Assembly: GCF_009914755.1 (NCBI RefSeq)
Contig: NC_060934.1
From: the human T2T-CHM13v2.0 reference genome, Homo sapiens
DNA: 64,000 bases
Direction: 5' to 3' (one strand)
A program made the translations under genes and the position numbers. The first letter of the stretch is position 1. Every line of letters starts with the position of its first letter. Positions 24,280 through 37,070 of this stretch are shown one piece after another. The notes beneath the pieces are model-generated. The model was not told the origin of the DNA. It did not search any database and saw only the letters and a list, made by a program, of their open reading frames with translations.

Positions 24280-27200
24280 TATTAATACTTTATAATTTTC
24301 AGTGTATGTATTTTCCTGTTTGATTAAATATATTTCAAAGTATTTATTCTTATTATTATATAAATAGGATTTTTAAAATTTCCTTTCAGATAATCTATTT
24401 TTAGCCTCTACAAATGCCACTTACTTTTATTTAGAGCAACTTTACTAAATTCATGTATTAATTGTAGCATTTTTGGTTGTCATTGAGACTTTTAGACTTT
24501 TCTGCCTATACACCTATATGTCAACTGTAAACAGAGATAATATTACTGTTTCTTGTCTAGTTTGAATGTCTTTCATTTCTTTTTATTGTATCATTGTTCT
24601 TGACTAGAAGTGGCAAGAACAGGAAATCTTGTACAGGATTTTAGAGGAGAGGCTTTTGGGTTTTCCCCATTGATTATTATGTTATCAGTGGGCTTTTCTT
24701 ATATGGCTATTATTGTGATGAGGTAGGTTTTCTCTACACCTATTGTATTGAGAGTTTTTTAAATTAGAAATAGGTATTAAATTTGACAAATATTTTTCCA
24801 GAACTTATTGAGATGATCATATGGTTTTTGTGTTTCATTCTGTTTATGTAGTGTATCACATTGAATGACTTATGCATGTTCAACCATCCTTGCACCCCAG
24901 GGATAAGTCCTAGTTGGTCATTGTGTACAATTTTTTCAATGTGTTGTTGCATTCAGTTTGCTTGTATTTTATTGAGCATTTCTGAGTCTACATTCATCAA
25001 GGTTACTGGCCTGTAGTTTACTTTTCTTGTGGATGTCTTTGGTTATCAGGTCGATGCTGGCTACATGAAATGAGTTTGTAAGTGTTCCATCGTCTAGATT
25101 TTCAAATAGTTTAAGAAATATTATTAATTCTTTGAATGTTTGCTGGAATTCTCCCACAAAGCCATGCAGTGCTGGACTATTCTATTTCTTCTTCAATCTT
25201 GGTAGGATGTATCTTTCTAGGAATTTATCTATTACTTCGCATTTATCTAATTTGTTGGTGTATATTTATTCATAACAGTCCCTTAAGGGCTCTTTTTATT
25301 TCTGAGACATCTGTTGTAATGTTTCCTCTTTCATATACAGTTTTATTTATTTCAGTCTTCTCTCTCTCTTTGGTTACTCTAGGAAAGGATGTGTCAGTTT
25401 TATTTGTCTTTTTCAAAACACAACTCAGTTTTGTTGACTTTTGAAATAGCTTTTTTGTCCTTTTTAAAATTTATTTTTTGCCTTAATTAGCATTATTTCC
25501 TTCTTTCTGATAATATTTGGGTTAGTATGTATTTTTTTCTGTCTTTGGCTAGTTATTTTTTTAGGTTGTTTATTTGAGATGTTTCTTTTTTTTTTTCTTC
25601 CTCAGAAACATTTAATAGGTATTAACAAACAGAAGCCATGTCTCTCGAGGCTGTGAGACAAGATGGTGGATCCCCATGCCATTAACCCCCAGAACCCAGG
25701 GCTTATATACTATAGGTAAGGAGAATTGAAGTAATTTGGTCAGAATTTATGGTAAGTGTGTGCTCTTAACAGTAGTAGAGTAAAAATCTTAGAGGCATTC
25801 CCAGAACCGAGGTTAATGAAAAGCCAACATGTTGGATTAGCATTTAAGACAGAATTGGTTTAGCCTGTACACTCCACCTATCTGACCCAGATTTTACAAT
25901 TTCACATTCTCTCTTCTTCCAAGATGGTCCCTGAGCCTAGAGAGAGGTTGTTTGATATTGCACAGCTTTAGCAGTAGTGCATTGGCAATGGAAAACAGAT
26001 TGGGCCCAGTTGCTATAATGTTCCTTCTCAGAAATACTTTTGCTATATCTCACAACTGTTGGTATGTTTTCTTTTCATTTTTGTCAGGAGGTAATTTTTA
26101 ATTTTTTAAATTTAATCTTGGACCCAATGATTGTTCAAGAGTGTATTGTTTAGCTTCCATGTATTTGTGAATTTTCTTGTTTCTTTACCATTAACTGATT
26201 TACACTTTCACTCTATTGTGACCTGAAAAGATACTTGATACAGTTTCTATCATCTTAAAGTTGAGTTGTTTTGTTATCTAATAGGTGATCTATTGTGAAG
26301 AGTGTTCCATATGTGCTTGAAAAGAATGTACAATCTTCTGTTGTTGGGTAAAAAGTTCTGTAGATGTCTGTTAGGTTAATTTGGTCTCTCCTATTGTTCA
26401 AGTAAGCTGTTTTCCATTGATTTCTCTGTGGATGTTCTGTCCATTATTAAAAGTGGAATATTAAAATCTTCTAGTATTATTGTGCTGCTATAAATTTCTC
26501 CAGTTCTGTCAGTGTTTGCTTTAAATATTTAGATCTGATATTGAGTGCATATACATTTACAATAGTTATATCTTCCTATTGAATTAACCTTTTTATCTTT
26601 ATGTAATGACCTTCTTTGCCCCTGGAGACAGTTTTTGACATAAAGTCTATTTTGTCTAATGTAAGTATAGCCATTCTGCTTTCTTTTCATTACCATTTGC
26701 ATAAAATATATATTTTTCCATCCTATCATGTTTAACTATGTGTGTCCTTAAATAGTTGGTGCCAAGTTTTTATTCTTTCAGCCAGTTAATATCGTGTGAT
26801 TGGGCAGTTTAATCCTTTTACATTTAAAGTAACTATTGATAGGGAAGGATTTACTATTGAAATTTTACTGACTGCTGTTTTTCTTGTTCCTTTTTTTCTT
26901 TCTTGGTGTCTTATTTTGTGTTTCTTTTTTTGTTATTGTTGTTTGACAGGCTTTAATTCCTTTCTCCTTTTCTTTTATAACTAGTTTTTTAACTACTGTA
27001 GGTAGTAGATTTTCTTTTTTAAGTACTATGGCTATTTTCTGTGTGAATGACATGAGTCTTACATAAAATATAATTATAATAATCTAAAACTGATAACTTC
27101 TCTTCCACACAAAAACTTCACATTTTTACCTTGTTCCCATTATAGATTATTGATATCAGAATTTACATATCTTAACATGTGTATCTATTAATGTAATTTT

Positions 27201-28400
27201 AGTTATACCTATATTTAATACTTTTTTAAATTTTAGATTAGAATTAAAAGTGATTTACCTACCACAACCACAATAATATAGTATTTTTTATTTGCCTCTA
27301 TAAATTTACCATTACCGATGAGTTTTATACTTTTGTATGCTCTTATATTGTTATTTAGCATCCTTTGATTTCAACTTAAAGTACTCCCTTTAGCATTTTT
27401 TATATGACAAGTCTAGTGGCAATAAACTCCCTCAGCTTTCGATTTTTTTAATTTTGTCTTAAGTTTTAAAGGATAATTTTCTGGGTATACTGTTTTGATT
27501 GGCAGTTGTGTATTTGTTTGTTTGTTTCCGCATTTTAAATGTATCATCCAACTCCCTTCTGGCCTCCAAAGTTTCTGCTGAAAATCCACCAATGATCATA
27601 GGAGGGTTCCCTAACACATAACAAGTTGTTTTTCTTTTGCTGCTTTCAGTGGTCTCTGGGTGTCCAGAGTATGCCAGCTCTCATCATTGCCCTGAAACAG
27701 GTGAGATACTGATCCTTTTTAGTAGTAACCATAAATGTTGGGGCACTAACTGGATTTTCCAATTTCTTCTCTCCTCAGGGAAAAGCTGGGTGTATAATCT
27801 GCTCATGCTGAACTGAGCTGGGGAAAAGAACTATGGCAAATGTTTGCAAGCTCATTCAAACCACAGACTTTTTCAAACTGTTGCTTTGATCTCTGTAGCC
27901 TCCATGGGCCTAATGGATGCTGATCTCCATTAGTTCTCATAGACACGTCAGTTGAAAGCTAGTTCCTCAGGTAGCAGCTGGAAAAGTTAAGGGGATAGAT
28001 ATGTAGATAAATTCCTTCCAGACTGAAGCTAGAGGCTTGCTTTTATCATTAGAGTGAGCAAGTGGGAGAATTTGTGGAAATATCCACATGCCTGTTTAAA
28101 ATGGCTGCTTTGTTTTCTATAGCCCACATGTAAATAGTGAATGGCAACACCAATAGCTCTCATAGACAGTGAGTTAGAAGCCAGACCTCAGGTAGGAGCT
28201 AGAAAACTTAGAATGCTTGATTTGTAGTCTAACTTCTTTCATAGAGAATCTGGGAACTGGGCTTTGTTGTTGTAGCTAGTTGGTGAATGAGGAGGTGAAG
28301 TGGAGGAGATATGGGAAGAACCCATTTGTTTGGGCATTTTTTCTCAATGTACCTTAGTTTGTCTGTAGTAGCTGGCCACAGTAGTGATGATTCTATTTCC
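24280..28400 (-). mobile_element. Continuation of the old antisense L1M (ORF2, ORF1, probable 5' region), interrupted at 25586-26010
   Basis: Minus-strand ORF2 fragments ([48 protein letters not shown]; EFQQTFKELI) and ORF1-like antisense DNA (CTCCCTTCTGGCCTCCAAAGTTTCTGCTGAAAATCCAC). Right boundary approximate. Confidence 0.85.
25586..26010 (-). mobile_element. ERVL LTR47-like U3-R plus upstream internal sequence, ending in poly(A)
   Basis: Minus strand reads: internal sequence, purine tract GGTGGAG, LTR start TGTACAGGCTAA (25871), GGGAATGCCTCTAAGATTT, TATATAAGCCCTGGG, GGGGATCCACCATCTTGTCTC, ATTAAA (25616-25611), then A11 (T-run 25586-25596). U5 is absent. Confidence 0.75.
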
Positions 28401-29960
28401 TGAGAGGTGAGAATTGCTGCCAAAGAATGTCTGCCATGGATGAGAATACAAAGAAAGGAAACTAAGAACTCTCAAAGCAGCTACTAGAAACCCTTCACAG
28501 AGGACAAGAATTATCTTCAGTTTTGAGATATATGAGAATGATTACAACTCCTTTGAGCAGGCTTCACATACTGCCCAAAGATGCTTCTCTAGTTTGTGTC
28601 CTTCTTGCTATCAGAAAGAGAGAAGGAAACTAAATAAAACAAAATAAAAATTTTAGAATTTTGTGCTGTCTTGGACATGGAAGCAATGGGTCAGGATCAA
28701 GATTGTGGAAAGATGCCAGTTCGGATGCAGGCTAGAAAAATTAGTATTGTCCTCAACTGGAATCAGCAACCAAAAGACTAAGTGTATGTGTCTCTGTAGG
28801 CTGAAGGGTTTTCAGATATCATAAAAGATAAGAAGTCAAGCTACACTTGTTTGGAAGCATGTGGCAGAGAACACAGATTAATTGTTTAAAGGATGGCCCA
28901 AACTTAAGGCCAAGTCACATCAAACCCATCAGAAACCAAAAGTGTGGCAGAATTCCTAACAGAAGGATGAGAGAGGAAGAGCCTTATATAGATCTGTCTT
29001 CTGTTTCACATTCTGACTATTCTAAAGCTTTTAATGAAGAATTCCCTAGAGTCATAAAACAAAGGCTAAATGGTGAGTGGCTGCAAATACACATAAAAAT
29101 ATAGTGAATTTTTTGAAAAGATATACTAATTTCAGGTGGCTAGAAAGATTTATTAACATAAGTAATAAAGGTCTTTTAGTTGTCAAAGTAACTTATACTT
29201 AATATTTATTGCAATTTTAAAAAATTAAAATGCTAAAAATTATTTGTGAAAATGAGTTGTTTTATATGTTTACATTTAATAACAATACTTTTTACATAAA
29301 GAAAATACAATAATTAAATATATCTGAACTAGTCAAAAGATAATTATAAGATTTAAAATTGAGTTTATGTGCAATAAATGTGGTAAACAATAATGTGATA
29401 TAAAATCTTCTAAATTTAATAATATTCTTGGTAGAGGATTCTGGGGCAAAAATATGATTTTCTCCATATCCCTGCCCACTACCCAATATATGATAACATG
29501 TGGCATTATTAAATATGGAAAAATATTAAAGAATGGCAGTAGACTAGAGAGAAGAGAAGGAAAGGCATACAGGAAATCCAGGTCCCTGCCCTCAGAGACC
29601 TCTCAATTCCTGGCATATGTTTATGTTTTGAACATTATGCAAATTTGTCTGCATGACAAATTTATTCTTGTTTCAGGTTAAGAGTAGAAATCAACCCATA
29701 GTCCTTACGATTAGAATTGCCTTAGCATAACGATTCAATCAGTAAGAAAATATAATAGACTAGAGGGTAATGGAGATTTTAAAATTTATATTATCTTAAT
29801 ATATTTATTAGAAAAAATATTAGATTGCTCAATAAATCAATGGTAACTTTAAGGCTTTTACTGTCTACTACAAAGAATTTTTATAGATATATGAAGAATG
29901 ATGGTAAGGAAGAGATATGATGCCATGAGGCCTACTGTGAGCAAGACACTGCTAATCAGG

Positions 29961-30044
29961 CTATTAGGTTGGTCCAAAAGTAATTACAGTTTTTGTCTTT
30001 GAAAGTAATGTCAAAAACTGTGATTACTTTTGCACCAACCTAAT
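29961..30044 (-). ncRNA. MIR548F1: miR-548 family hairpin precursor (mir-548f-1); mature 3p AAAAACUGUAAUUACUUUU at 29994-29976
   Basis: Reverse complement AUUAGGUUGGUGCAAAAGUAAUCACAGUUUUUGACAUUACUUUCAAAGACAAAAACUGUAAUUACUUUUGGACCAACCUAAUAG is an 84-nt near-perfect hairpin matching the hsa-mir-548f-1 sequence as I recall it. Confidence 0.85.
29964..30043. mobile_element. MADE1 (Hsmar1-derived MITE)
   Basis: 80-bp palindrome TTAGGTTGGT.CAAAAGTAAT...ATTACTTTTGCACCAACCTAA flanked by TA at 29962-63 and 30044-45. Confidence 0.95.
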
Positions 30045-30272
30045 ACTTCCGCACTTTGGAAAGGCTTTGCCTACATCATTTTGGTTATTGTGAGAAGACT
30101 TGCACACATAAGGAATTTTTCAAAATAATATTTTAACTTGAAATACTTTTCTTTGACAAATACAGTAAAAGTGATAGAGCCAAAAAGAGGACTAGGCATA
30201 GCCCTGAGGGGATTTCCGAGCAAAAAAATCCCAGGGGATTTGTATGCAAACACTTCGCTCAATAAAAGGAGA

Positions 30273-30711
<439 letters not shown>

Positions 30712-32419
30712 AAAAGGAGAAAGTCATCAAACAAAATGATGTGACTTAGTCTGGTAATATTCGTCAAGAAGTCAAGATTTATGCTCTCTTACAATTCTGA
30801 CTTTCACATTGAATTAAATTAAGGGTGTCTTGGCTTGTTTAGTGTAGTTTAGTAAAATACAGTCATTTGTTTTCCACAGCTATTATATTATTCTCCATTA
30901 AAAAAAGAAGAAGAAGAAGAAATGAGAAAAAAAAATCAGTCCCTAGCTAGAAATTTTAAGAGTCAATAACATTTGGGAAATGAAAATATATTCTGAAGTA
31001 GTATAATCATACCCAAATTTTTAGACTCTGTACTCAATCTATAAGATGTATGTGAGCAAAATATTATTAGAAGCAACATGAATGATAATCACGCACTACA
31101 AGCGCACGAATAATGTTTCCCTGAAAGGTACAATAAAAAATTATTCAATGTGAAACAAAACGTTGACTGCAACAATTATTAAAATTTGACTATTGAATTG
31201 TCAGTATACTCAATTATGAAGACATTTGGAAAATATAAATGAGCACTACTGTTTTTGCTCATTTTTTAAAAATGAAAATTTTTGGTAATGTCTGACCTGA
31301 AGGCAGATATTCATTATAATAGTCAAATATCATAAATACATTTCAAATGTTATGTATTCTACATAAATTACTCAGGAGAGGAACATGTAGGCTCATAAAC
31401 TTGCACACAAGTAAAGGAATGTTTCTTAGGAAAAAATTCTGTGTTAAAGATATTCCACACCAATGTCTCAGGAAAAGGCATTTGTAGTATACTGCTCCAT
31501 TACCTATGCTTCATAAAAAATGCAGCTATCTAATTTAATTTAGCTCTGAACAGATTTCTTAGCAGCATAATTTATGTTTTGAGAATATCTCTTAAGAATC
31601 ATAGCTTGCAATCTATGGTGCTTCAATGAAGAATAATCTGTAAACAAAATCTCCATCTATCAACAAAGGCCATTAAAGACCATAAAATAACCCATCCTTG
31701 ACTGATTAATGCTGCTACTGAAAGGGATTTCAGGCTATTAACATCCAGAAAATATACTGCCACTGTGGTTGCATTTATTATAAATCACATAGTTATATGT
31801 ACTGGTGTAAAGCAATGTTTTCTTAACCACCTCCCTCTCCCAAATTAATTTAATAACAAAGATACTTTGAAGAACACTAAATATCTATAGAAAGTAAATG
31901 ATTCTATTTTTTTCCCTAGAGGAAATGTATGTGAAGGCAGGGCTATTTATAATACATTAGATAGCTAAATATTGGTTTAACACTTTATATGCAGTTCAAT
32001 TATGTTCATATATTTATGTCATTAAAATAGTTTCTCTAATGTAAAATAAAACATTAAATTCATTTGTATTTCTTGATACTTTTATTAACAATACTGATGG
32101 TTTTTCATGGGTAAAATAGCCATCAAAAATTGTTAGTTGTTACCTTTAGGTTCATCCTATTCTGTCAATTTGATTGTCACTAACTCTTCCTCTTAGGGGA
32201 TGTGAATATAGCTGTTGAGCTCATACTCTTGGAAGGTAAAGAGGCTTTGTTTACTGGTGCAGATCTCGATTTTTTCAAATATAGTATTTCACCTCAGAAA
32301 TACTATCTATTAGCTCTTATGCCTTACAAAACTACTGGCTTGGATTTGTCCAATGGTTTTAACCCTTGATCTTACCTTTAACATGCTTGGAATCTCACAA
32401 ATATTTTCTTATATTGTTT

Positions 32420-32615
32420 AGTACAAGGCACTGTCTAAATAGTTTAGCCACATTATCTCATTCCATTTACACCAATCCCATGAGATAGGTACGTTTTAAC
32501 CATTTTATAACATAAGCAAAACTCAATTTCAAGAGGTTAACTAATATTTCCAAGATCACATAGCTAGTTTATGGCAGAGGAGGATTCAAACACAGGACTG
32601 TGTTGATTCAAAAAT
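32420..32615 (-). mobile_element. MIR
   Basis: CCCATGAGATAGGTAC...AGAGGTTAACTAATATTTCCAAGATCACATAGCTAG...GGCAGAGGAGGATTCAAACACAGG. Confidence 0.75.
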
Positions 32616-35201
32616 CTATAGAGTTAAATGTGTACTTGTCCTTCCGTAATATCTGAGGCTAGACAAAACAATCCCTGGCTTTTCTCTCCTGCTTTCTATG
32701 AATATTCTGTCTTAGACTACTTAGTCATTATATATTTTTGTCTTTTCAGTAGAGTTCTGTTTTGCTGTGCTAGTTCTTTTGGGTTTCTATAATAATAAAA
32801 ATAATAATAAAAGGAGAATAGAAGAATAAGAGTAGATCAGGGAGAAGATATTCTGAAGATAAGTTGGTTTAAAGAGAATGAGTTAATGGATCAGCTTTTG
32901 TCTCTGAAGTCAACAAATGACAAAGAAATGAAAAAGGTGTACCCTGGAACAATGCATCTATCTGCTGGTAGTACTTGAGAAATACATACAAAATTCATAT
33001 TTTTATTTTGTTTTGTTTCATTTTATTGCTTATTTTTGTCAGTGTTATTTGCTTCTTATACTAGTAACATTCCTCCAGCACAGAACAACATATCTTTGCA
33101 AATATTTCATTAAATATATAAATGTCTTAAATACCACAAATGAAAGACATGAGTAACACAATATAGTCCACAAAACTCAAAAGGAAATAAACACAGTTTA
33201 GCATTTTTTTCTTACAATTGAAAAGATTTTAATAACTGTTGAGTATTTATAATTATCTATGCTAACTCCCATTTTCTTGCCAAGTTATGTGTCTTTAAAC
33301 ACTATGGAGTCCCCTTGCAAAATTTAACAGAGAAGCAAAGATATGTATCAGTAATATTGATGTTTTTATTTTTTTAAAAAAAACCTCCCTGATAATTTAA
33401 GTGAATTGGATTAGAATAATTAAAAGAGAAATGAAGGACACAGAAGCACATATTCTCAATATCGTCACCTCTGATTACTTTAGAATTCTGTTAGCATGTG
33501 CTGTAAAAATCCTTTTTAAAATAAATATTCCCACTATAAGCTTAAGTTTATTCATATCTAGGGAGAATTGTTTTGTTCGGATAATTAGATCAACAGCTGA
33601 CTCTTTAAGCTGAGATAATGGCCCACTAGCCAATAGGAATCACACATGTTAAGGAGAACAGAATTCAAAGAGTCTGGTCCCTTTTGCACAGTGACAGAAC
33701 ATATGAGGCAGCTACATATCTAGAGAGACAAGAAGATAAATATAAGAGAGCAACCAAATCAAGATGTAATTACTCTGCATTTAATCAAGGCACCTTAGGG
33801 TTAGTCCAGACCTTTTATCCAAAACAGCTCTGTAAACAGCCTACTAAACCAGCATCATCAGCTTTCTGTATTTCTCATCTGTCTAAGTCAGTCTTCCTTG
33901 TTTCACCATATTCCTACTTGTTTTGTCTTCAACACTTTCTGAGAGAATGAAGAAAAATGACAAAAAACAAATTGTATGATTGTATGAATGATTAATATCT
34001 CCTCTTTCATGTTGTTCCTCTTCTATTGTTCAAAGAGTATAGAGTGAATAAATACAAAAACAAACACAACACTGAAGTTAATAAATAATAAGGTCCATCT
34101 CATTTGTTAAATTTCGTTTCTTAAGGTATATGTGTCTTTGAACCTTCTGGTTATTTCTACAAAATAGTTCTAGTGGCTTTGGCAGAGTGGTAGCATAACA
34201 CATCACTTTTTAAACAGAGTTGAATAATTGTATAACCCTAAAAGTAAAAGAGGCAAACAATAAAATGAAATGAACAAATGAAATAAAATCAGAAATTCTC
34301 AGCTTAACAAAACCACCTTTCTTGTGAGCACATTTTGTGCATAGTGAAATAAGGGACATATCTCTAAAGCTCTGTACACATATATTTATTAAAATAAATT
34401 GAATTAACAATTGGCACTACACAGAGTGGCATGAAAAGGTTCAGTATCTTAACCTCAGCTATTCACTAAGATAAAAGGATCACCAACATAAAATCTTTTT
34501 TCTTTGCATTGTTAAACTTAAATAAGTGTTTTTTCTCTAAATAAAATGATTAATTTTTAATTATGTAGATAAATTTTGGATCTAGGTGGACTGGAGGCAT
34601 AAATGACACTTACTTAGAGATATAACCAGCAAAGTCAAGATGGCAACTTTACAGAAAAACATAATCTAAAAGTTTGAAAAACAAACTGCAGAATATATTG
34701 TGTGTGGTTCTTTTTATATTCTAAACTATGTTATAAAAATTTTGCCTCGACTTACTTATATAAGAAAAATAAAACTGGTTGCAGAAATATAATTTAGTAT
34801 TATGTCTTGTGTGACCTAACAATTGGGTAACAATTATACTAAAATGGGACATAATTTATTAATTTACACAGTATAAAACCTATTGGAATAGACTTTGTAA
34901 GTTCCAAGTAAGTTTCTTATCGTACCTGGTCAGATTTACTTTGCAATGTCCATCTTAATATTTATGTTTTTAATATTTTTAAAATAAATTTTAAGGCAAT
35001 AGCATGAATAGATGAATACATAAGATAATAAATGAAACTCTAGCTCTTTATAACTTAAAAGAGGGTAGGATAAAGAGGCATGGCATAATTTTACATTTTA
35101 ACTTCAGTAGATGACAATATTTGGGAAAACTAAGGAAATATGGAAGGTTAGACAAAAATACCGATTCAGGGCTAGAAACAATATTTATATTTTACAATGC
35201 C

Positions 35202-35345
35202 CATTTTAGGGAAACACGGCATTGCTATGTTTTTAAAGCACGCTTTAGAGAGTGAAAGAGTTCACTTTAGAAAGTACAATTTAGAAGGACTTCACTTTCT
35301 AAAGTATGCCTTAGAAACACAGCAATGCTATGTTTTTCTAAAATG
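35202..35345. repeat. Imperfect inverted repeat, 55-bp arms and 34-bp spacer
   Basis: 35202-35256 versus the reverse complement of 35291-35345: 45/55 identical, no gaps. Confidence 0.88.
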
Positions 35346-35442
35346 AAGAGAAAGAAACTTTATCACTCTCAAACAGCAAGGCTTAAAATTTGTAGAGAAT
35401 GTGAATGAGGAAAAGAAAGACAATTGTTCAGGAAGTTCAATA

Positions 35443-35490
35443 AATCATATTTGCTGAGTCATTGAGTTATTAAATTCAGCAAATATGATT
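35443..35490. repeat. Short palindrome with a perfect 15-bp stem
   Basis: AATCATATTTGCTGA ... TCAGCAAATATGATT. Confidence 0.88.
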
Positions 35491-35561
35491 CACTTTGTGG
35501 CATAAGTAACAGGGAAACATGTTCCATCACAATTTCAAGATGAAATATAAAAAGCTTCAGT

Positions 35562-35634
35562 CTCTCTTTTGTCTCTCTCTCACACACACATACACACACA
35601 CACACACACACTCACACACATACACATATGCACA
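35562..35634. repeat. (CT)n(CA)n microsatellite
   Basis: Direct reading. Confidence 0.9.
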
Positions 35635-36859
35635 AGGTAATTGAGGCTAGGGAGGTGAAAGAAATGTAGAGTAGGGTCTCTGACAAATGTGGTGAAGGGT
35701 CTCTGTGTACATAATGATTTTTTGAACAATCTGAAGACAATTAAGCAAATTCAGAATAATTTTAACATTTCAGCAGATTAACTGGTATTAAAAGGGGAAA
35801 AGATTGGCAGAAGCTTTATTCTAATCATGCACCAGAACAACAACAACAACAAAAACACACACAAAAAATCAAAGTGGCAAATGGTTTCATTGATTATTGT
35901 GAACTATCCGGCACCCACGAGAAAACAACAATCCAAATTTGTTAGCTCCTCAACCTTGGATGAGTTTTCATGAGTATTTTATAAATTAGTGCTATAATGG
36001 CAGGAGACAACGAACTCCCAGACCACTTCCAAATTTAAAATTATATAGTTTTCCATTGAATAGTTTATTATTTTCTTAATAAAGATAACTGTTTCTTAAT
36101 AAAACTAATGCTATATAAAGACAAAGTGGATAAAAAATCATTAGCAAGAGAATTAGTAAACAATGCATAGCAACATACATGCATATGAGCATATATATAC
36201 ACCCATATATGCATATACACTAGACCTATATGCACATAATTGTAATTATATATTAGTATAACAATAAAAATCCTAAAATATCTCAAATGTGGAAATAAAA
36301 ATGCTGAGCCAACACTAGCCTAGAGGGCTGAGAGGCCAGAAGAGATTTTGAGTTTCACCATCTGTTGGATCATTCAAGCATTTCACAACTTCCTGCCAGT
36401 ATCAAATCTCCGCTATTTTATTTGTTCCAAGAAATTTTAAAACAAATGAGAGAGGTAAAAGCAGTTGAAAATGCTGAAAGTTTTGTTCACTTTAAGGGGT
36501 TATTGTTGAGGCAATATTGCTCATTAAAGGAATTTTAATGGCTTAAAAATTAAAGCTTTTCAAAGTCAAGTACTTTATCCCTTTGGAAGTTTTAGCAATT
36601 TAAACTTGAATAATTTTCATGACCAAAGTAACTGCAAAACTATAATTTTATATTACAATTGTATTTGTACCATCTGACCTAATTATTAAATGTTTAAACA
36701 TAATAAACACTAATGAAGTGCTCTGTCACTACAAATAAGCTTCTGGTCAGGGTGCTATTGTCATTCTACTTTCTTCTTGTAGTTTTGTTACTTTTCTCGT
36801 GCTTGTCCACAGAAATTCCCACCAAGAGTCAAAGTTCCACTTGCATACTCCTGTGTGTG

Positions 36860-37070
36860 GAACAAGGGTTTGGGATCAAAGAGTCTGCCTTTTCATTCTG
36901 GGCTCTGCTACTTATTACCTCTTCCTTGAATCTATATTTTTAATCTAGAGTTTCTAATAGTTGTGATGAGGATCAGATGAGATATAAGGCAGAATTGCAT
37001 TTGTCAAATGGCTAATATATGATATGTATAAGATATGCTAAGTACTCAGTAAATGGTAATTGTTTTTGCT
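36860..37070 (+). mobile_element. MIR relic
   Basis: TTCTGGGCTCTGCTACTTATTA...GTTGTGATGAGGATCAGATGAGAT...AAGTACTCAGTAAATGGTA. Confidence 0.6.
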
